DNA of 41,812 nt, from NCBI GenBank assembly GCA_002269645.1, contig NIVC01004566.1, positions 1 through 41,812 on the forward strand, in the 5' to 3' direction. The position numbers were made by a program, and so were the translations under genes. Each line of letters begins with the position of its first letter. The first letter of the stretch is position 1. The notes below the pieces were generated by a model, which saw only the letters and a list, made by a program, of their open reading frames with translations, did not search any database and was not told the DNA's origin. This document shows, piece by piece, positions 34,087 through 41,812 of the stretch. Origin of the DNA: Macrostomum lignano. Taxonomy: Eukaryota.

Positions 34087-36630
34087 ATACTGCAATTGAT
34101 TAAACAGCAGGACCGACTAGGCCAAAAACACAGGCGTCAGAGACTTGTTGCTTTCCTTTATTTATAAAATCCCGTCCCCTCTGTTCTCTCTAATCTTGGC
34201 TTTAGCACCACCTATCAATTATGTGTGTTATTTCACAGAAAGCTGGGCTGCTTCGTTTCTATGAAAAATATGTTTTTTGAAGGCTCAAAGTAGCAAGCAT
34301 TGAGCCTTTGAAAATTTCTTGAAACGATTTGCCTCGTCTTGTCTACTTACTAATAGTAGTACACGGTTTGAATTTGTATTTAATCTACATGAAAAAGGTG
34401 TGTATTATAATGCCTAATGCTAAGTACTTTTTAATGTCCATAATAGGCCAGTAAATAAAAAAATTATATTTATTACGCCTAAGTACATTGTTAATGTACA
34501 TGTTCAAGTGTACAGATTGCTCACACACTGCGGTGACGTGCAAAATGCGCCCACTAAATTTACATATTTTAATATAATTTAATTATCAAAAAATGCTTCA
34601 TATTTCCTGTGTACTCTATGGTTATTTTTGCAGGCATTGAGCAGTGTACATCATGTCTAATGTCTAGTTTCTGGCTGCAGGTCGATATTCTGTAAAAACA
34701 ATTTCTTATTTAGTAGGTTAAAAAACGGTGAGTAGCTTTTTTGCTTTAATCTTGCTGTATTCAAGTTTGGCACAAGTACAACTAGTTACATTCAAATTAG
34801 CATTTCGGAAGAAATTCTCTGACCGAAATTGCTTTGAGAGAGACACATAGAGATTGTTCCCGACTTATAATGTGCATTATGGTTTTACCCCTGATTTGCA
34901 ACTTATTGATGCCATCAAATGCAAGAAAGATTTATTACTGTCAACCGACTGCTTCACAGACCCCCTGTTTGGGCCATAGACAGGTGAACAGCAAGTCTTT
35001 AGTAGCTTGGCTCTCCCGCAAAGGATTGAACTGCTTGCACCTAGGTAAATGCTAAATTTCCGAGTATCTATAATCCGGTCCTCGGGTCAATTAATAAGCA
35101 TATTTTTTCTTGTCTGATTTTTACTGCTCGCGTGTTAGATTATTTTGTGTCTAAAAATTGCTTCTTTTATTATCCCTTTCCATTTGTTCAACTGTCTGTA
35201 TTCATTGATTTTATTGTAACACGCGGTCTGTTAACCATTGCTGTTTGCTAACTATTATATTAATCTATTGTTGGAACTTTGCCGTTCAATACCTGTGCCC
35301 AAGTTGTCAAGCGGAAGGATTTTTCTTAGTTGCTTCTTCTATTATATAGGATCACTTGGATTGAATCTAATCCAAGATTTGTTTGCAATGGAGCTTTTGT
35401 CTATGGTGGCAGGGCTGCCACAGCGGCATTTAAATTGGTCCATAGCGGCTATGAAACCCAATCATGAGTCACAGTTGTGTAATGCAATTTATTGAAGCAA
35501 ATTTCACTGTGCCAACACAAGGTGACGTCAAAAATTCAAAGAGCAAAAAGCCCATGGCATTTGTTCAACAGTCTGGCATAATGGTCCACGATTCTGGGGC
35601 TTATGAAGCACCGATTTCTTGCTCACTGCCTGTGACAGTCATGTCTAAATGAAAATCTAGGGGTGAAACTGCAGAGTGACTATGAGATCAAATTAGATGC
35701 CGCTGTGCCAGCCTTGCTACTATAGACAGAAGCTCCGTTACTTTGGCAAACGTATCTTGGATTAAATTCAATGCGTGTAGGCCCAAATGGACTGCAAAAT
35801 GCTGTACTGCCTTTGTCTGTTATAGCTACTCAATGAAAATGCGCAGCACGTAGGTCGGATTTATAATAGATATTGATTAGAGAGGTTGGGCCATAGACAG
35901 CAGAAACAGTGAGAAACAGAGGTCATTGTGCTCCTACGCATGCGAATAAGCGCATGTACGCTGGCGCACACTGGCTCACATAGGATGTACAGCGGTCCTG
36001 ACTCTCTTATCTGTCAGTCATGTACACTTTTTTGGCCCTCCAATCTAGCGCTTCAGAACTTCAAACAATCAAACGACTGCATTATTGTAGTATAGCTTGG
36101 CCAGACAAAAGCCAATCACCTTGGCATTTTGCCTGCTAGATTGAATCCAACATGGGACAAAGGTTTGGAGAATGCCGTATTATGCATATTTATTGAGTTA
36201 TCACTTGCCACCGAAGCCCGCGTGTGTGGTTTCGTTGTCTAAAATTCGATTTGTATTTTTTCTACTCAAGGTCGAGTTGCTCGAGTCCGGTCCCCACCGA
36301 TTTATCTCCTCTGCCCCGACTACAGGAGCAACCAGCAACGCTTGTTCGGTCTCTGTTTAAAAATGCATTTACTTCTATTTGTAGTAGTAATAGCGGTATA
36401 AACTGTAATGACAAGTTCGCCCGAGGCTCTTCTTTAATGAAGAAAACAATAAATCAAATAAATTATAAATTGGATGCGCAGCCTGTGCGCGTGCGTATCT
36501 GAAATTCGGATTGAGCGATGACTGACTTTGAAAAATACTTGTTTTAATTAAATGCGTGTCCAAGTGTGGTCTGTTCTATTTATTCGATTAGTTTACATTC
36601 ACAAGTCAGGCAGAAGAACAGGGCAGGACG

Positions 36631-37340
36631 GACAGGACCAGCTTACACAGATCATCGAAGACAGGAACAGCTGACATATCATAGGGAGACAGGAACAGCT
36701 GACATATCATAGGAGACAGGATCAGCTGACAGATCATAGGAGACAGGAACAGCTGACATCGTAGGAGACAGGACCAGCGCACATATCATAGGAGACAGGA
36801 CCAGCGCACATATCATAGGAGACAGGACCAGCGCACATATCATAGGAGACAGGAACAGCTGACATATCATAGGGAGACAGAAACAGCTGACAGATCATAG
36901 GGAGACAGGAACAGCTGACAGATCATAGGAGACAGGAACAGCTGACATATCATAGGGAGACAGAAACAGCTGACAGATCATAGGGAGACAGGAACAGCTG
37001 ACAGATCATAGGAGACAGGAACAGCTGACAGATCATAGGAGACAGGAACAGCTGACAGATCATAGGAGACAGGAACAGCTGACAGATCATAGGAGACAGG
37101 AACAGCTGACAGATCATAGGAGACAGGAACAGCTGACAGATCATAGGAGACAGGAACAGCTGACAGATCATAGGAGACAGGAACAGCTGACAGATCATAG
37201 GAGACAGGAACAGCTGACAGATCATAGGAGACAGGAACAGCTGACAGATCATAGGAGACAGGAACAGCTGACAGATCATAGGAGACAGGAACAGCTGACA
37301 GATCATAGGAGACAGGAACAGCTGACAGATCATAGGGAGA
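36631..37340. repeat. Minisatellite, 27-bp unit GACAGGAACAGCTGACAGATCATAGGA
   Basis: Tandem copies upstream of KIF1; source of the MICQLFLSP ORF. Confidence 0.96.
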
Positions 37341-38412
37341 AGGAAGACGGGAATTTTTTATGTTTTAAGGATTGTCTCTCAATTTAGTCAGAAAAAAGGT
37401 GCAAGCAAATAGCTTTACACCACTTTCTCTTCACAATTGCGAGTTAAAGATGTCTGTCTCATATAAACACGAGCGTATATCTATATATATATCTATATCT
37501 CGTATGTCTAATTGAAATCAGACATTATTTACAAACCTAAATTAATAATCTCCCAACAGGGAATATTGTATCTGCATGGCAACACCATTCTGTCTAGACC
37601 ATACAAAATATGCAATGAAGGGTGACGATTTGTACTCGTATTTATAGTTTGCAGAAATATGGGAAATTTGGCAACCAGTTCCCCGACATTTCTATCCAAT
37701 TTAATTGGCCTTTCTGAATGCTCCTCCCTGTGCGCTGTTTAAAGCCTGCTGGCTAGCTGCTGGAAACTCTGTACTCATCCTGTGCTCTCTAAATTCTCTT
37801 CCCAGAAGCAGCTGCAGTGCTCCAGAAAAGCTCCTAGAGACCGTGTCGCCCAACCCCTCCCAAGCTTGTACTGCCGACCGGATCGCTCACCCCATGCCTC
37901 CAGCTCCTTAGCATTGCATTCTCCCTCATCTCCCAGCCTCTCCCCTAGCATTGGGTGCAGAGGTTATCTCCCCGCCCCACACACGCACGCCTGTGCACGG
38001 GACACACTGCATGGCATCCACTTTCAAAGTGCTGGCGCCGCCGCCAGCCTCTCGCGCCGCTGAAACCTCCCGACAGCTCAGCCCCATCGATTTTCCTGCC
38101 CCTTCGGCTTTCTCTCTCTCTTGGCTGCACTTCCCCTCCCAGCCTCCCCCAGACCGTCCTATCTGCATGCTAGATGAAGCGCTTAGGACTGGCCCTATCA
38201 GTGCCGCTGGAGCCCGCAGACGTCCCACGTAGTAGCGAAGCCTGCAGGACAGACAGTCGGACAAAGCGAACCGGCCCTGGTGGTGTGTGTGACACGTGTC
38301 TGCATGCCCGCCTGCCGCTGCTGCTGCCTCTGCAGCACAAGCCAGTCTGTTGGTCTATTTTCTTCTATTAGTATTTTAATAACAGACTTATAGACTCGGA
38401 ACTCCTAGGGTC

Positions 38413-41400
38413 ATGTCGTCAGTGAAGGTGGCAGTTCGGGTCCGGCCGTTCAACAGTCGCGAGCTGCACAGCGATGCCAAGTGCATAATTGAGATGCGCG
38501 ACAACACAACGTGTGAGCTGACTCGGTCGAGGTTTACTTTTATGTTTAGCATTGATGATGTCATTTTTGCAAATTAATTAGGACGTTGCTCAACACAAAT
38601 TGAGCTCTCGAATTTCATTTCGAATTTTCTGATAGTTACTAGTTGGTCTCCATAATCGCTTAGCTGTTATGAATAGGTATATATTGCTACGGGACTATGC
38701 AGACTAGAATATTTACTCGCGTTGAAACTTTTCTTAAAGTGCAGCCAAGCCCAGAGAGGTCTTCTCAAATCCGTATGTAAACCCCCTACATTCGGAGAGC
38801 CGAAAGTCAAACACTGAGCTGTCAGGATCTACTTTCCGCTATGGACGAAATGGCATGGCATCAAGAGAATATTTCAGAGATTGTTTGCTTCAGGCTCGAG
38901 AAGAGTTGGAGAGTGGTGATCGCCTGGGAAGATTTCCTCTTCAATCCCCTTTTGACAGGAGAATCCGCTTCCGCTTCTTAATTATAGCCCCTTCTGGACC
39001 GCCTGCCCCCCCCCCACCTCCCGGAAGTCTGTGATGGAGTGGAGTTTGAGGCGAGCAGGAGCTTGGCGGGCTGCCTCGGGCATGGGTCGCACGTGACCTG
39101 CCATTTTTATACGTATATTATATTATATTTTATTATTTTCTGAATACATTATTCCAGGAATCTTAATAAACAGTTTGGGGAATTTCAATAAATATTTTGG
39201 AGGATCTCAATAAACAGTTTAGGGAATCTCAATAAACAGTTTGTGGAATCTCAGTAAACAGTTTGGGGAATCTCAGTAAACAGTTTGTGGAATCTCAATA
39301 AACATTTTGGGGAATCTCAATAAATAGTTTGGGGAATCTCAATAAACGGTTTGGGGAATCTCAACAGACAACTTGGGGAATCTCAATGAACAAGTTGGGA
39401 ATCTCAATAAACAGTTTGGGGAATCTCAATAAACAATTTGGGGAATCTCAATAAACAGTTTGGGAATCTCAATAAACAGTTTGGGGAATCTAAACAGTCT
39501 GAGGAATCTCAATAAACAATTTGGGAATCTCAATAAACAGTTTGGGAATCTCAGCAAACAGTTTGGGGAATCTCAATAAACAGTTTGGGGAATCTCAATA
39601 AACAATTTGGGAATCTCAATAAACAGTTTGGGGAATCTCAATAAACAATTTGGGAATCTCAATAAACAATTTGGGAATCTCAATAAACAGTTTAGGGAAT
39701 CTCAATAAACAATTTGGAATCTCAATAAACATTTTGGGGAATCTTAATAAACAATTTGGGGATCTCAATAAACAGTTTGGGGAATCTCAATAATCAGTTT
39801 GGGGAATCTCAATGAGCAATTTGAGGAATCTCAATGAGCTTGAGGAATCTCAATGAGTAATTTGAGGAATCTCAACAGACAGTTTGGGGAATCTCAATAA
39901 ACATTGTAGCGAATCTCAATAGACAGTTTGGGGAATCTCAACAGACAGTTTGGGGAATCTCAACAGACAGTTTGGGGAATCTCAATCTCAACTCCCTCAG
40001 ACATCACGAACCCGAAAGCCGGCCCCAAAGAGCAGGCGGTCAAGAGCTTCCAGTTCGACCACAGCTACTGGTCGCACCAGCCCGGCGGCCCAGGATTCGC
40101 CAGCCAGCGCCGCGTCTACGAAGACATCGGCGTGGAAACGCTGGAGCACGCGTTCGAAGGCTACAATGTGTGCATCTTCGCCTACGGGCAGACAGGCGCG
40201 GGCAAGAGCTACACGATGATGGGCCGGCCCTCGGAGCCTGAGCAGGCCGGCATCATCCCGCAGCTGTGCGAGAATCTGTTCTGCCGGCTGGGCCAGCTGA
40301 CCGAGGCCGGGGCCAGCAGCATCCTTGAAGTGTCCTACATGGAGATCTACTGCGAGCGGGTTCGCGACCTGCTCAATCCGAAGAACAAGGCCAACCTGCG
40401 GGTTCGCGAGCACCCGCTGCTGGGGCCCTACGTTGAGGATCTGTCCAAGTGCGCTGTGACCAGCTTTGGCGACATCAACGATTTGATTGATGCCGGAAAT
40501 AAGTCCAGGTGATTGAAGGCTGGGATTCTCTTAGTGCTGGGAAATCTGCAAAAAATGAGGAGACTTTTTCTGAAATCGGAAATCGATCTTTTACGGGAAT
40601 TTTTTAATCCAAGACCGATATGGGAGAATTTTCCTAGCACTCTTAAAATCGAAAATCGATATTTTAAAGAAATTCTCCTAGCACTATGAAAATCGATACC
40701 GGAGGGGAATTCTCCTAGCACTATGAAAATCGATATCGGAGGGGAATTCTCCTAGCACTCTGAAAATCGATACCGGAGGGGAATTCTCCTAGCACTCTGA
40801 AAATCGATACCGGAGGGGAATTCTCCTAGCACTATGAAAATCGATACCGGAGGGGAATTCTCCTAGCACTATGAAAATCGATATCGGAGGGGAATTCTCC
40901 TAGCACTCTGAAAATCGATACCGGAGGGGAATTCTCCTAGCACTCTGAAAATCGATACCGGAGGGGAATTCTCCTAGCACTATGAAAATCGATACCGGAG
41001 GGGAATTCTCCTAGCACTATGAAAATTGATACCGGAGGGGAATTCTCCTAGCACTATGAAAATCGATATCGGAGGGAATTCTCCTAGCACTATGAAAATC
41101 GATACCGGAGGGGAATTCTCCTAGCACTATGAAAATCGATGTCGAAAGGGAATTCTCCTAGCACTCTGAAAATCTATGTCGAAGGGGAATTCTCCTAGCA
41201 CTCTGAAAATCGATACCGGAGGGGAATTCTCCTAGCACTATGAAAATCGATACCGGAAGGGAATTCTCCTAGCACTCTGAAAATCGATACCGGAGGGAAT
41301 TCTCCTAGCACTATGAAAATCGATACCGGAGGGAATTCTCCTAGCACTATGAAAATCGATACCGGAGGGGAATTCTCCTAGCACTCTGAAAATCGATGTT

Positions 41401-41646
41401 GGAGGGGAATTCTCCTAGCACTCTGAAAATCGATGTTGGAGGGGAATTCTCCTAGCACTATGAAAATCGATGTTGGAGGGGAATTCTCCTAGCACTCTGA
41501 AAATCGATGTTGGAGGGGAATTCTCCTAGCACTATGAAAATCCATGTTGCAAATTCTGAATTCTGAAAATCGAGTTCATGCCGTGTTTCAGCATTGTGCT
41601 CACTCAGAAACGGCACGACGCAGCCACCGATCTCACGGGCGAGCGG
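38413..41646 (+). CDS. KIF1A: Kinesin-3 motor KIF1A/unc-104, 5' part; exons 38413-38512, 40001-40508 and a damaged third exon ~41577-41646; gene continues beyond the window
   Basis: [17 protein letters not shown]; phase-1 junction T|AC ATC ACG AAC CCG; [11 protein letters not shown]-loop [54 protein letters not shown]. Downstream [23 protein letters not shown] ends at donor GTGAGA (41647). Confidence 0.92.
39157..39985. repeat. Intronic minisatellite, 21-22 bp unit GGGAATCTCAATAAACAGTTT(G)
   Basis: Tandem copies ending ~15 nt before the exon 2 acceptor. Confidence 0.96.
40625..41545. repeat. Intronic minisatellite, 37-bp unit AAAATCGATACCGGAGGGGAATTCTCCTAGCACTATG
   Basis: Period 37 (e.g. 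40681 and 40718); KIF1 intron 2. Confidence 0.97.
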
Positions 41647-41680
41647 GTGAGACTGGAAGAGCTTGATGAAGGGTTACAGG

Positions 41681-41812
41681 CTCTCAGGTTGCACACCACC
41701 TCACACCCTACTGACTCTTCAGGTTGAGCACCACCTCACACCCTACTGACTCTCTCAGGTTGAGCACGCACCTTCCACCCCTACTACTGACTCTCCAGGT
41801 TGAGCACCACCC
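41681..41812. repeat. Start of an intronic ~34-36 bp tandem repeat (CTCTCAGGTTGAGCACCACCTCACACCCTACTGA)
   Basis: 3-4 copies up to the window end. Confidence 0.8.

Noticed and set aside
36679-37333. MICQLFLSP repeat ORF
   Set aside because: 27-bp minisatellite.
37700-38371. GC-rich block with several overlapping 60-110 aa ORFs upstream of KIF1
   Set aside because: No recognisable family or consistent frame; possibly 5' UTR, regulatory DNA or a TE remnant, but unsupported.
93-41812. CRISPR-like appearance of regular 21-37 bp repeats
   Set aside because: Units are directly adjacent with no unique spacers, there are no cas genes, and the context is spliceosomal introns.

Overview
Eukaryotic (animal) genomic DNA with GC-rich exons, AT-rich flanks and minisatellite-filled introns. 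The style suggests a free-living flatworm such as Macrostomum; that is inference only. Six spliced genes can be reconstructed from homology and splice sites: an SMAP-type ArfGAP (-), ROPN1L/ropporin (+), TFIP11 (-), DNAJC17 (-), exportin-7/RanBP16-17 (+, two GC-AG introns) and the 5' end of KIF1A/unc-104 (+). Mobile DNA comprises a tRNA-derived CORE-type SINE with an inverted partner fragment, a hAT-type MITE with an 8-bp TSD, and RTE-LINE and Merlin transposase relics. Most long ORFs in the supplied track are translated tandem repeats. Most notable: (1) DNAJC17 (Cwc23) lies directly upstream of its spliceosome-disassembly partner TFIP11 (Ntr1/Spp382) on the same strand, and can be read as either an operon or a spliced fusion. 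(2) A ~7 kb near-CpG-free domain contains transposon relics that keep their frame but are saturated with C>T/G>A changes. Several 1-nt frame disruptions (DNAJC17, TFIP11, KIF1) may be assembly errors.
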